Part shown: piece after piece, positions 41,175-54,635 of the stretch | Layout: the number at the start of each line of letters is the position of its first letter | Numbering within the stretch: the stretch's first letter is position 1 | Assembly (NCBI RefSeq): GCF_006345805.1 | Contig: NC_042999.1 | Coordinates: 31,434,001 to 31,498,000, forward strand | Direction of reading: 5' to 3' | Length of the DNA: 64,000 nt | Origin: Octopus sinensis | Lineage: Eukaryota | Program-made: the position numbers and the translations under genes | Notes under the pieces: model-generated | The model's input: the letters and a program-made list of their open reading frames with translations, nothing else | What the model was told of the DNA's origin: nothing | Databases searched by the model: none

Positions 41175-44100
41175 ATAGATGAGGGGTGGATAGAGCTCCT
41201 GTGTTTACCCAAGCCATGACGAGGGCAGTCTATCTAGGAGAAAGTAACTCTGAATTTAAATACTTTACTGGTGGCTTGTAGTTAGCCTTTGGAAATGCAC
41301 CCAATGATGACGACTCACTCTTCTTTTTGGATCATGCTTTGTAGTTTAGAGACTGGGAATGGTTTCTGTGCAAAACATTTCCTAAAAATGTCAAGCACAT
41401 GTATTGCTGGAGAGGAAAAAGAAATGGACATCTTGTATGTACATGGCTTGCTGAAGCTTAAAAAGGCACATCTAAACAATGAAAGTTCATATTGATAATG
41501 AAGCAAATGGCAAAAAGGGCTCTAGAACATTTTGTTCTGTGGTCTGGCCCGGTAGGTGTGCCAGGGCACCACGGCCTGGATCCGATCGTCATCCCGCAGC
41601 TGTGAGTAAATTCATGTTAAGATGCAACCTATGAATAAAGGATGTTGGAATGTTCGAACGTTATTAGACAATGATTGTCTGAAATCTCGTCCAGAGAGAA
41701 GATCCGCGGTTGTTGCAAATGAGTTACAGCGATATGATATGGATGTTGTACCGTTAGCCGAAACAAGAATTCGTGGAAAGGGGAATTTTGTAGAGAAATC
41801 AGCTGAGTATCATTTATTTTGTAGCGGTAGAAAGGAGACCTATAAGAGAGAATCAGGAATGGGATTTGCTATCAAAACCTCTCTGGCTTCAAATCTTGAG
41901 GAACTATCAAGTGGTCACTCAGATCGATTAATGTCTTGAAGTCTTCCATTAAGAAAAGGTCGCTATACAACACACGTAAGTGCATATACCCCAACTATGA
42001 ATTCATTAGAGGATGATAAACTTGCCTTCTATCTATCAATTACAGAGATTATAGGCAACAACCCACATGATGACAATTTTTTCATATTGGTGGATTTTAA
42101 TGCTCAGGTTGGTGCCGATTGGGGGACTTGGGGTGTCCTGGGAAAGCATGAGGTTGGGAGTTCCAACAGTAATGGTTTGCTACTGTTACAAATGTTCATA
42201 GAAATGAATTTGTGTGTGATGAATACAATGTTTCGACTAAAGAATAAGTATAAAGCGACATGGATGCACCCTAGTTCTAAGAAATGGCATTAATTGATTG
42301 CATCCTCACCAGGAAACGAGATACTAGGGACTTTGCAATTGTACGAGTGATGCGTGATGCAGAGTGCTGGACGGATCATAGGCTTTTGCGTGCCAAGGTG
42401 ATTTGTGTTGTCAATCTTAAGGTTAGAGCAAATAATGACAAATTACCTAAACGGATTGATGTCAATAAACTTAAGATTCCGTCAGTACGCAGTGAATTTA
42501 TGTGAGTGAGATAAATAATTTGTCCTGTGATGGAAGCTGGAAGTCATTCAAAGAAAAAGTGTACAAGATTTGCAATAACATTCTTGGATTTGTTGTAAAA
42601 AAAAACACCAAGATTATTTTGCCGATAATGATAAAGTTAATCTTATCTTAGTGGAGAAGCGAAAGGCATTTAACATGTTGCAAAATGTTGACGTGTCAAC
42701 GAACAGGATAGTGGATACATATTTCAAAGCAGTAAAGGCAACAGTGCAGAAGATGATACGGATGATGCAGGAAATCGGTGGAGTGACAGTGCGATGAAAT
42801 CCAAGAAGCTTCAAATGCTAACAATTCCAAACACTTTTACTCTCTCTTCAAAGAAGTTTATGAACGAATTCCATCAAAGGTTGCGCCATTTCAGAGCAAG
42901 GATGGCACAAAATTATTAACAAATCCTAAAGATAATGTTGGGAGATGGAAAGAACATTTTGATGAGTTGCTCAATAATCCACTGAAGTTGATGTTTCTTT
43001 TCTTGATAATATACTCGAGAGAAGACGCTCGACCTTTATTCTCTTGAAAAACGCCGCCGCCGTAGTGATCTCATTCTCGCCCACACCATCATAAGCGGAA
43101 AGTGTAACCTCTCGAAAGAGCTGTTCTTCACTCCTGCTCCAGAGCGTCGGCTGCGGGGTAATTCCGAAAAGCCCTACCTGCGACGATTTCATCTCAATCG
43201 AAGGAGAGGAGCTTTCTCCGTCCGGGTTGCGGATCCGTGGAACAAGCTGCCAGACGAGATGGTAAAGATGCCGACGACCACTTTGTTCAAAGCCTCCCTG
43301 GACCTCAAGTGGCCTGAATTCTTTACATGAACACCACCCTGTACTTAACTCCCCCTACATGGCCTTGCTATTTGCTTTTGAGCCAAATTAACTAACTAAC
43401 TAACTAACAATAAAACATTTTATTGCAGAAGTTCCAACCCTAACTGAAGTAAAAGCAGTAATCAAGAAGTTGAAAAATGGAAAGGCCCCTGGTATGTATG
43501 GACTAGATGCAGAGATATATAAATATGGTGGTGATCATCTTTGTCCAAATTTGACGGATGTGATTCAGAGGGTTTGGCAAAGTGAAGATGTTCTTCCGGA
43601 TTGGCGTGATGCAACTATGGAGATACTATATAAATCTAAAGGTGGAAAGTATGTCTGTGATAATTATCGCAGCATCTGTCTGTTAGCTGTTGCTGGAAAA
43701 GTCCTCTGTGGGGTAATACTGGATAGATTGATTCTGCACATTGCAGATGAGGTTCTACCAGAATCGAAATGTGGGCTTAGGGATAGCAGGAGTACTATGG
43801 ATATGATATATTCGACTAGACAGTTACAAGAGAAGTGCATCGGAAGTATATGCATTTATACCAGGTTTTCATTGACCTAACAAAGGTTTTTGATTCTATC
43901 AATTGAATTGCACTTTGGGAGATCTTAAAAAAGCTATGATGTCCTGAAAAATTGGTGAGAATGCTTAGACAATTTTATGGCAAGATGAAAGTGAGAGTTA
44001 ATGGTGAAGGTACATTATCAGATCCAATTCCTGTAAAAAATTGGGTAAAGCAAGGTGATATTCACGCTCCTACACTGTTTCCTGTATATTTTGCAATAGT

Positions 44101-45420
44101 CTTTCAAATAGCTATTAAAGATTTCCTGCAGGGGGCTATATAAGATATAGGACAACAGGAAAACTGTTCAATCGCAAAAAGACTCAGTGCCAAAACGAAA
44201 GTTCTGCTTTCTCACCTTGTTGAGTTTCTGTATGCAGATGATTGTGACCTGTTGGCACATTCTCAGAAAGATATGTAGCACATGGTGAATGCGATTTCTG
44301 CAGCATGTGCAGCAATGGGTCTAACAATCAATCTAAAAAAACTGTTATAATGTACTAGCCTGCTCCCTCCAAGATGAATGTGGAATTTTTTATAACTGTG
44401 AATGGTCAAAAGTTGGAGACAGTACTTAGATTTATTTATGTAGGAAGTAACTTGAGCACTGTGTGGTCTTGATGACGAATTTCATACAGGATCAGCAGGG
44501 CTAGTAGTACTTTTGGTAGGCTTGATAGGGGTCTGTGGAAACAACATAATATATCTTGACAAATTAAAGTTAAAGTATATTACACGTGTCCTTTCATCTT
44601 TGCTATATGGAAATGAGGCATGGAAAGATTTCATCAATGCTGTCTGAGAGAAAATTTGGGGATAAACTGGAAAATGGCCATTAGTAAGGTGGAAGTGCTT
44701 GAGAGGAGTGGTTGTAGAAGTATAGAGTCAATGATTTTGCAAAGACTTTGAGGTGAGAGAACATTAGGTAAGGATGAGTGCTGAGCGACTTCCCAAGCAG
44801 CTATTGTATGGTGAGCTGGAAGATCGCTGGAGACTAGCAAATAAGCCTTAACTAGGGTTTAAGGATTGCCTTAAAAATGCTCTAATACAGACAGGAATTG
44901 CAGATGGTAATTGGCAGACAGAGGCACCAGATCGTGATGGATGGAGGAAGATAGTGCATGATGATTCTTCAAGGTTTGAGAGGGAGAGAGTGAAATATGA
45001 GGCAAATCGGAGGGGGGCTTAGAAGAGCGAACCTGTGTAAAGTGAGAGAGTGCTTCTTATGTGTGTGGTTTGTGAGCGGAGATGTTTGAGTCGTGCAGGC
45101 CTTGTGAGCCATAGAAATTCTCACAGAAATTAACTCTTGATAAACAATGATGTGGCGATTAACATTCACAACAGAACATGTGTAAAATGTGGAAAGGTGT
45201 GCCTCTCAGTTGGAGGTCTAAAAAGACATCTTAAGAGAGTTCATATGGTGGCACCCATTTCTCACGCCAGCCAGTACGTTTGTCTAGTATGTAATAAAAT
45301 GTGTAAAAGCTTGGCCAGGCTTAAACATCATATAAGGACATCACATGACAACAATCAGGAATCATTTCAATAAGTCTTCTTGGCAATGGATTTTCTCGTG
45401 TAACAAGGATTCAGCTGCGA
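41175..45420 (+). mobile_element. RTE-clade LINE, near full length, decayed
   Basis: APE CWNVRTLL...ELQRYDMDVVPLAETR...SGMGFAIK, DFNAQVG, WTDHRLL. RT NGKAPG..G..AEIYK, DNYRSICLL.VAGKVL, VKQGD..APTLF, FLYADD. C-terminal zinc fingers. 5' boundary approximate. Confidence 0.9.
43012..43408 (+). mobile_element. 5'-truncated CR1-group LINE 3' end nested inside the RTE
   Basis: Reads LYSLEKRRRRSDLILAH...GAFSVRVADPWNKLPDE..FKASLD; (CTAA)n tail; splits the RTE ORF between DVSFLDN and AEVPTL. Confidence 0.85.
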
Positions 45421-45474
45421 TATGTGTGTGTGCGAGTATTATACACACACACGCACACACACACACACACACAC

Positions 45475-45535
<61 letters not shown>

Positions 45536-45751
45536 AGATGTATATATGTATATATTTATATATATATGTATATATAGATGTATATCTGTATATATATGTA
45601 TATATGTATATATATATTTATATATATATATGTATACATATGTATATATATATGTATATATATGCATATATATATTATATGTATTACGCGTATATATATA
45701 ATATATATATATATATATATGCATATATATATATCATGTATATATATATAC

Positions 45752-45825
<74 letters not shown>

Positions 45826-45830
45826 GTACT
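45420..45830. repeat. (CA)n/(TA)n compound microsatellite
   Basis: Direct reading. Confidence 0.95.
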
Positions 45831-46487
45831 TCCGTTTTGTTTGTAGAAAGATATGCTTTTTGTGCCCCTGGAACAACCAAGAGGGATTTCCTTAATTTAC
45901 GAAATATCTACTAAAGCTTACAAAAAAAAAATGAAAAACGTAGTACTTGTTATTTCATAATGGTCTAATATAATATATTGGTAAAAAAAAATTATATATT
46001 ACACTAACGGTTTAATATATTACATTAAAATCAGTGACGCGGGCTAGAGTTATCTTCGATGAAAATACGAGGTGATAGATCGTCCGTTCATTGGCGGCCG
46101 TGTGTAAAGGGTAATCGATTTTTCTTTCAAACAAAACTTCTTCCTACAAAGACAAGGGATGAAATTTACCAGTTGGGAATAAGTATCCTATTAATTTTGT
46201 TTATTTTGTTTTATCTTTGGTAGTACCGCATGGAAATTTGATCTAAAGCGTAGTATTTGTATACTTTCCCTTTGAAAATTTACGCTAGGAAATTCATTAC
46301 GAAACTTCTCCTTTTTATCACTACCATTTTTCATTTATATTTTCGTACAGCAACCTCTTCGTTTACATTCTATTTCAAAATTTCACGGTAACAAATTCGT
46401 TACGGACCCTCTTTCTTTTAATTATCGTTTTTCATTTTATCTTTCTTCTTACAGCGGCCCTCTTACCGTATATTCTGTTCTACTCTA

Positions 46488-46645
46488 CGCCTGAAATTTT
46501 GGGGGAGAGATAGTTAATTTATCGACCCCAAACGGATGAAATGTGAAGTCTATCTCGGTGGATTTTGAACTCAGAACATAAAAAAAAAACAGACGAATTA
46601 CCGCAAAGCATTTCGCCCTGTGTATTAACATTTCAGCCAGTACGC
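46488..46645 (-). mobile_element. Decayed SINE family B
   Basis: atttatcgacccc...ggattttgaactcagaac...gcatttcgccc. Confidence 0.7.
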
Positions 46646-46660
46646 ACGAACGCACACAAT

Positions 46661-47416
46661 TACGAGGGTGAGTGGAAAATTTCATGGGCTGAATATGAAG
46701 GATTGGTGGTAGAAATCGTGAAAATTTGACATCGTGGAACCAAAAACATTCAAGCTGACATGGCGGATACATTAGAGGATGACGTCCCAGCTTTATAAAC
46801 AGTGCAAAAATGGGCCGCTGAATTTAGGAGGGAAGTGCGAATTTGGAATATGTCGAAGTATTTCGCTCAGTATCGACCGTGTCTTCTTACACCTGATCTA
46901 AAACGCACAAAGTTTATCACATCACGACAAAATCTGACATTGTGTGAGGCAGATCCAGCTGGCTTCCTTGAACGTTTCCTCTCACAAGATGTGTGTTGGT
47001 TTCATTACTTTCAGCTAGAGAAAAATATTCATTTTACGCTGTAAAAGCATCCCTTCTCACCTCCAAAGAAGGCCAAGGTTGTTTCATTTGCAGGGAAGGT
47101 GATGGCGTAAGTCTTGGGGGATACAGAAGGCTTTCTATTTATTGACTACCTTCAAATGGGCCACGCTTACAATGTAGAGTACTACTCCATCCTTTTTATC
47201 CTCATTATTGGCGCCATCTGTTCGTCATCAGTTGTCCAGCACGATATAGACTGATCTGGGAACCAGTATCGCAGTGATAATAGCATCACAACTGCTGTTG
47301 ATGATATTTTGAGCAACAAGATGAAAACTTGTTTGCGAATCGGATCAAAACACCGGAATACCGAAGGAAGAATTGATTGGACCGCATCAGCCCATGCACT
47401 TTTCAGTCAACCCAAA
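46661..47416 (+). mobile_element. Internally deleted mariner (irritans-like)
   Basis: TIRs gggtgagtggaaaatttcatgggctga vs revcomp gggttgactgaaaagtgcatgggctga. Peptides TVQKWAAEFRR, EADPAGFLERFLSQDVCW and PKKAKVVSFAGKVMA. Confidence 0.8.
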
Positions 47417-48597
47417 CGAGGAAATCAAATAAAGAATTTCAGACCAATACCAGTTGATTAATTTCAGGTAAGCATAAAATATTTCGTTTTGCAATCATGT
47501 ATACATAAACTGCTATGTATATTAACAGTTAATATGTCAATTATTGTGTCTTACTTTTGTGTTAGTAGTGCCATATTCTCATTTTTTAAGCTAAGCTCTA
47601 TAGAATTTCTAAAGAAGTCAGAACCAGAATTGCATATTTCGAAATTCCGTTTACGAAGTCATCTATATAAACAAGGAGATCTGACATAGAAATGATAGGT
47701 AATAGGTGCTTATACATATTTCATGAGTTATTGCTTGTTCCTCAGAATCACATCCAAAGGCAATTTAAAGACACAATATTGATATGAAATCTTTTAATAT
47801 ATTTGCTAGCATATCATGGTGGCAAAACAAAATACTGTCTCCTTAACAGCAACGAATATATGCGTAGCAGTTGCTAAGAATGCGTCTAATATGTAAACAG
47901 GTGTATCCAGTTGTGTTAAAACCGCTATGCTTAGTGGATATTTAAGGGATGTGTTCGGAGATAGTTGAGTGGTTGGATGTGGAACCAATGAAAGAGCAAT
48001 AAATCTTGGAATATACAGTACATCTATTACCTATTCCTTTCTGTATCCGATCGCTTTGTTTGCATAGACATATTCGTATACGTTGTAATCTAAGGTGATC
48101 ATTGAATTCCAAAGAAAATTTATAGGGATAAAATTTATGCATATGCGTGCGTGCGTGTGTGTATATCAAATTTCCAAGATGTGGGAGAATCAGGTATTTA
48201 AATAGTGAAAACCGAAAGGTCAGTTCGGTGATAGCGCTATTGTGTAGAAACAAGGTATACGGCAAATACGTACTCAGTAAAGTAAACATTGACTAGTTAT
48301 GCGTACATTCACAAGTGGCTGACTGAATAGACAGCGTGTCGTCAAGATCACACACGTGTACACTTACTGTACCTATTGCATCGCCGTCTAGAGACTCCAG
48401 ATCCAAGTTAATTGAGGTTTCCAAGTTAATTGAATAATAATCAACAAAAGATGTATTGTGGTTCACTGCAGCTGTTTTAGACGTGTTTTTATTTTATGAA
48501 CAGAAGAGTTCTATCATCCAAAACTTAAACCGTTTTCATCAAGCGAATACAGGTAAGAATTATGAATTAAAACTCCTCAAGAACAAGTATATGGTGT

Positions 48598-48812
48598 GAG
48601 ATTCTTCTTCTTCTCATCCCCCTCATTCTTCTTCTTCTTCTTCTTCTTCTCTTCTTCTTCTTCTTCTTCTTCTTCTTCTCTTCTTCTTTCTTCTTCTTCT
48701 TCTTCTTCTTTGTCTTCTTTTTCTTCTTCTTCTTTGTCTTCTTTTTCTTCTTCTTCTTCTTCTTCTTCTTCTTCTTCTTCTTCTTCTTCTTCTTCTTCTT
48801 CTTCTTCTTCTT
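48598..48812. repeat. (CTT)n/(AAG)n tract, probably the expanded 3' tail of the adjacent RTE
   Basis: Directly abuts the 3' end of the minus-strand RTE fragment. Confidence 0.85.
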
Positions 48813-49660
48813 CGCTGCCTTGAGACATTTGTGCGGCACATCGGGCAGTCACTGATCGGCAATTATCTCCGTCTCTGACCAACTGGCATGCTTCTTCCCA
48901 GCGGATGTTCAGACTGCGTAGGTCTTCTTTGAAAGTACTTCGCCATGTCTTTCTTGTGTGACCTCTTGTGTAGAAAACAACAATACTGTCAACAGCGATG
49001 TATACCTTCCGGCGGCATCAAACACATGGCTGTTTTGTCAGGCCTCTTCTCTGGCAGTCTTAGTAGGGTTAAAATTGCAATTAGAGGCCTTCTTTTTGCT
49101 GCTTGGAGATTGACTTCATTTATCTCTCTATCTCGATAGGTGATTTTTAGGACCTTCATGAGGCACCGCTCACGATATACACCGAGTAGACGGGCGATGT
49201 TTAGAGTCAGCATCCAGATTTCTGCTGTATACATCGCTGCTGGCAGTATTGTTGTTTTCTACACAAGAATCGTGAGCTCTATACTTATGGTATTGCTACA
49301 ACACATATTTGTCAGACTTCTAAATACTGCCGCTGCGTTGCCAATTCTGCAGCTTGCATCTGCGTCTGCATCACTGATGCTTGTCACTATGCTTCTCAGA
49401 TATGTGAAGCTTCTAACCTCATCAACTGCTTTCTATCCAAACTTCACCGGAAAACTTTCTTTTTGTTTAACAACTTGCATTACCTCCGTGTTTGACTGGT
49501 GATTCTCAGACAAGTCTTTGTCGATCGCCTCTGTATTTTTGTAGTCATTTAATGTAATGTTGGGTGATTCTCTGCCAACATGTCAATATTATCGGCAGAC
49601 CTTTTAGCCGGTCCCTCACAGTCCATGGCATGCCACAGGATACTACAGACACACACTCGG
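48813..49660 (-). mobile_element. 5'-truncated RTE-type LINE (RT C-terminal part)
   Basis: VEAVDEVRSFTYLRSIVTSISDADADASCRIGNAAAVF, YTAEIW, CLMKVLKITYRDR, KTAMCLMPPEG; has suffered deletions. Confidence 0.8.
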
Positions 49661-49699
49661 TCATCTGTTGGTGTTTGTATATATATATATATATATATT

Positions 49700-49880
49700 A
49701 CCGAAAGAATTAGAAATAGCAGTCAGTGACTGTTTATTTCCATTTTCTACAAGTGGGGGCTCCATATACGACACAACCCTGCAATTCACATACGCAAAAG
49801 GTCATATTTACATACTGAAATCTACCGGTAAGTAATTGTTGGTTATCTGAAAAACCATCGAAAAAATTATTTACCCTTAT
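49700..49880. mobile_element. Rearranged copy of the palindromic element at 61.0-61.3 kb
   Basis: Starts ccgaaagaattagaaatagcag and ends aattatttacccttat, which are modules of the 61001-61290 element. Confidence 0.55.
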
Positions 49881-50149
49881 TATTATATATATGTGTGTGT
49901 GTTGTGTGTGTGTGTGTGTGACCGCGTGTGACATCTTTTTCGCGATTTTTTCCTCCGTCTTCCCTTCTCTGGATCTTTCCTTTTCCCATGTCTCTCACGA
50001 AGAGCTCCGTACGAAACGTAATACCCTCCTTCTTCCTTTCCTTCCTGACCGTCCAATAGTACTATATTTGTTACACGTCTCCGCGTTGTTGTGTTTACTC
50101 TTTGTGTTTTCATGTTTGGATTAACTTTATATATATATATATATACATA

Positions 50150-50352
50150 GGGGGAGAATTCACAAAAACAAACAAAAGAAGAAGACAGGTGGTGTAGACA
50201 ACAAAAAGATGTATTAGTTTAACGCTCAGGAAGTGAAAATGTCTTTAACGTTTCAAGCCGACGCTCTTCCACAGAAAGGAACACAGAAAGAAATAAGGAG
50301 AGAGAATAAAGAATATGTAGTGGGCAGCGAACTATCATGTCGAATGCCGAGA
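50150..50352 (-). mobile_element. Penelope-type terminal-repeat-like unit (copy 1) with hammerhead-like motif
   Basis: Homologous to 60140-60430; minus strand carries ...gagcgtcggcttGAAACGTT... typical of PLE termini. Confidence 0.55.
50243..50278 (-). ncRNA. Degenerate minimal hammerhead-ribozyme-like motif
   Basis: cttt-CUGUGGA-A-GAGC(GUCG)GCUU-GAAA-CGUU-aaag. Stems I, II and the palindromic stem III are present; the core deviates from CUGANGA. Confidence 0.35.
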
Positions 50353-50363
50353 ATATATATATA

Positions 50364-50426
<63 letters not shown>

Positions 50427-50984
50427 ATACATATATGCATACATACATATTTTCCTTTCTTCACACTTGTGTTTCTTTCTCTTCGTTGTAGCTGGAAGAA
50501 CGAAGACGTGTTCTTGTTTGTCTCCAGTCGAATCTTGATTTACGCGTTCTCCAGCACAAACTCGTTTAGGCTTACCAGCCCCTCCACTTTCTTTTCAATC
50601 TCCTGTTTGTGTTATCAGATTTGACCCTCCGCAAAATCCTAAATTTCATTGAATTTCCTTTGCGGGAGCAACTATTTTATCGAAAGCGTATATTGTTGTT
50701 AAATGCTCGAAATACGAGACTAGGAAAAAACCGCCAAGAACTGATGAAGGATTGTTCTTTATGTTGTTTGTTTTATTTCCCAATTAGTGACTTTCGTTGT
50801 TCGAAAGTACAGTTCATGTTCCATGTGCTTGGGCTTCGTATTTCTTGTTGTACACGTTTCGTGACGTGCTGTTCCCACATATGCATATATACATATACCT
50901 TTAGATGTAAATATGTAAATATACGTATGTATATCTGCACGCATACACACACACAAACACACACACATATATATATTAAATATG

Positions 50985-51310
50985 TGGAGGCGCAATGGCC
51001 CAGTGCTTAGGGCAGCGGACTCGCGGTCGTAGGATCGCGGTTTCGATTCCCAGACCGGGCGTTGTGAGTGTTTATTGAGCGAAAACACCTAAAAGCTCCA
51101 CGAGGCTCCAGCAGGGGATGGTGGTAATCCCTGCTGTACTCTTTCACCACAACTTTCTCTCACTCTTACTTCCTGTTTCTGTTGTACCTGTATTTCAAAG
51201 GGCCGGCCTTGTCACTCTCTGTGTCACGCTGAATATCCCCGAGAACTACGTTAAGGGTACACGTGTCTGTGGAGTGCTCAGCCACTTACACGGAACCGAC
51301 GGAGTGCTTC
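50985..51310 (+). mobile_element. tRNA-derived SINE, family C
   Basis: Head ggaggcgcaatggcccagtgcttagggcagcggactcgcggtcgtaggatcgcggtttcgattccc has A/B-box-like motifs but is not a complete tRNA. Body and tail differ from families A and B. Confidence 0.8.
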
Positions 51311-51559
51311 CATTCCATATTAAATATATCATTTACATCAGTATATGATTGAACGTCGCGCATCCTCTTCCATGTAAGTTTTATCTTAATAATTCTGATG
51401 CACACTCTATACGCTCTTATTCCTCTTTCGGTTTTCTCTCTTGGTCTCCCTTGTTCTTTTACCGCCTTTTCTCCCCACTATTCTATCGCATTACTCTCTC
51501 ACGCTCTCTCCGTCACTCCTCCTCCCTTATAGTTGTATGTACATATACGTATGTATATA

Positions 51560-51790
<231 letters not shown>

Positions 51791-51931
51791 TAATGTTATG
51801 TGTTTCAGATACTCTGTTGATTCAAGGGAACTGATCCACTGAACTCCTATAAAATGAGGGTGAAGCATTCTTCAAGCGAGTTTGTTTCAGTGAAGAGGTG
51901 ACTTTCATGTATCAGGGGAATTAGACACAAT

Positions 51932-51963
<32 letters not shown>

Positions 51964-52339
51964 TACTTATGCTATTATACCTATATACATATATGTGTGT
52001 TTATATGTATATGTATAAAAAACAAAATTATTATTAAAAACTTCACGATTTGTATTGTATGGTTAAAATTATATTACAATAATGTTAAGAAAATGAGATA
52101 AAATTTTATGTATAGTCACATTGTTTTTGGAGAAATAACCGGTTCTGTTTTTATTTTTCAAATTTCTCAAATTTCTTTACCGATGATATGTCATCTATTC
52201 GTTATTGTGTGAAGTAGATTTCGAAACAGGGGAGGTAATCGGTGATGTTTTCTGTATAAGGGAGATATTAAAAAATGTTGGGAATGATTAGGTTTTGTTA
52301 ATTTGATGAGTTTTGGTTTTGATAGAATAAAACGTTATA

Positions 52340-54139
52340 AATGGTTAACTTTTGGTTAATATTTTTCAATGAGGTAAGTTCCTTTATTTACAAATGCAAG
52401 AAAGGTTAATTTTTGGCTAATATTTTTCAATGAAGTAAGTTTCCTTACTTAATCTAACTTCTGTTGGTGTTCCAATAGCACATTGATAAAATGGAAAGAT
52501 GTCAAATTGTTGTAGTAGTCATTTTGCTCATGTGTCAATAAAGTGTATCATTCTGTATTTTGTAAATGCAATCTGCTGTCGGTGCAGAGTACATCTTCAT
52601 CCCTTGGACAGATTGTAATTCTGTTTGCAGCCCGAGCATCTTATGTCATAAATCAGGTTTTGAAGTTTTGTCCCTCTTTACAAAGGAATTCTGATCCTTC
52701 TAGAAGGATAAGTAATGATGCGTAATTTGCTCGACCACATTTTTTCACTTTTGCGTCCGTTATTTTAGAAAATAATTTTGCGTTTGTAAGGATCTTATTT
52801 AGTGATTTCGGTTGTATGTGGCTTTTAATGAGCTCTTGTGTGTGTAAAATTTCCTTTAATTTCGGCTCGTTATGTAGCATTGGTAGATTTTGGGTGATGA
52901 TGTCGTAGGCTTCTTTGTCTCTGGGCTTGTAAGTGGATGTGTACGGCAGTATTTTCGTGAAGGTGTGTTGCTATGCTGTACTTTTAAATGTTTTATGTCG
53001 ATTTGTGTTGCACGTCTAATTCCATCCTCTATGCGTTGGACTCGTTAGTGTCTTTCAGTGAGAGTGTTTTGGAGTTCTTGCAGTCTAAAGTCTCTGGTAT
53101 TTTTTCTGACACTATGGTGCGTATCCTTCCTGCAAGGTTGCATAGAATGTATGTTTTTGGTGAGGATTGGGTGGCGGTAATTAAATAGTAGATATTGTTT
53201 GGCGTCTGTGGTTTTGTAAAATATGTGCGTTACTATTTTTAGGTATATTTGTTTAACTAATATATCCAAAAACGGGAGCTTCTCTTGGTTGTATTCCATT
53301 GTAAATTGTATGTGGGGGCTGACGCTGTTCAATAGTCTTTTAAAATCCAGGTGTTTGTGTTTTCATTCTAGAGAATGAAACGTCCAGGATTCTTTTCCAG
53401 TTCCCTTTTATGTATTCGGAAAGAGGGTTTCTAAAGGTAGATAAAGATTCTTGGTATATTCTTATTTACAGAGAGCCCATTGTTAGCTTCGCAATTATCC
53501 TAACCCTAACCCTAGTACACATGCCAATTATTGATCTTTGTCGATAAAATGTGTTATCAGGCGTGAAATGATTGTTTCATAGGACAAATTCGATTGGCTC
53601 AATTATGAACCCATTGCTAATCCTTTCAGGTATTACTTCAGGATATTAATCCAGACAGAACTTAATTGCCTCTAGTCAATAATTATGAGGTATACTGGTA
53701 TATGAATTAATTACATCAAATGAAACCATGAGTGTTTCTTCCTTGTTTATTTTGGGAGGTGATTTAAAATGTCCAAGTCATCTCTGAATTAACTATTGAT
53801 GTGTTTCAGGAGGACTTTCAGTGGGGTGTTCATAAATAGACTTACATTGTGTTTTTCAAAATGGGTCACAATTATAGGTCCCCTGGGTCTGTTGTATGTA
53901 TGTCTTTGGTGACCTTTTAATGGTTTCTTTTATAATATTTTTGTGGATTTTTGGTAGACAGTAAAATAGACTAGGTTTGAATTTAAATTTTATTAAATAA
54001 TCAAATTCTTTGGTTGTCAATTCTTTTCCATGAGTATTCATTAGTGAGGATAAGTTTGTCATTATTTTTTGGTGGGTGCGTTTGTGATATTTTCGTAATA
54101 TTTACTTTCTTTAAGCATGTTAACAAATTCAAAATCCAA
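52340..54139 (-). mobile_element. Penelope-like element (RT + GIY-YIG), decayed
   Basis: FYCLPKIHK (53856-54062); HIQFTMEYNQEKLPFLDILV and YKTTDAKQYL...HP (53045-53332); KKCGR then LIYDIRCSGCKQNY. A ~50-60-bp tandem duplication lies at the 3' end (52342-52450). Confidence 0.85.
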
Positions 54140-54400
54140 TCAGATTTATGCTTAGCCTGCAACCAGAATTACATAGGATCTACAGGATTAATGCTCAGAT
54201 GCAGACGCACTGAGCACCGACAGCAGATTGAATTCCCAAAATACAGAATGACACCCTTTATTGAACACATTGATACATGCGCACAAAGACTCCTACGACA
54301 ATATGCAATCATTCCAGTTTATCAATGTGCTATTAGAAAACAACAGAAATTAGATTAAATAAGGAAACCTACTTCATTGAAAAATATAAGCCAAAAATTA
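54140..54400 (+). mobile_element. Inverted copy of the Penelope GIY-YIG/3' end
   Basis: CLACNQNYIGSTG..LR.R.TEHRQQI; matches the revcomp of ~52400-52650. Confidence 0.85.
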
Positions 54401-54525
54401 ACCAATTCTAGTATTTTAACATGAGGAAACTTACCTGTAATATATTCATGCTATGTTGTATTTATACATCCAACCAGGTGCTTTTACATGCCAACTCTCT
54501 CACATACCTACGTATAAGTATCGAC

Positions 54526-54607
<82 letters not shown>

Positions 54608-54635
54608 GATATATATATATTATATATATATATAA

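Noticed and set aside
48567-48882. Poly-K/E/R/S ORFs
   Set aside because: They are translations of the (AAG)n tail of the RTE fragment.
50985-51060. tRNA gene call for the SINE heads
   Set aside because: Heads have A/B boxes but no complete cloverleaf and run straight into SINE bodies.
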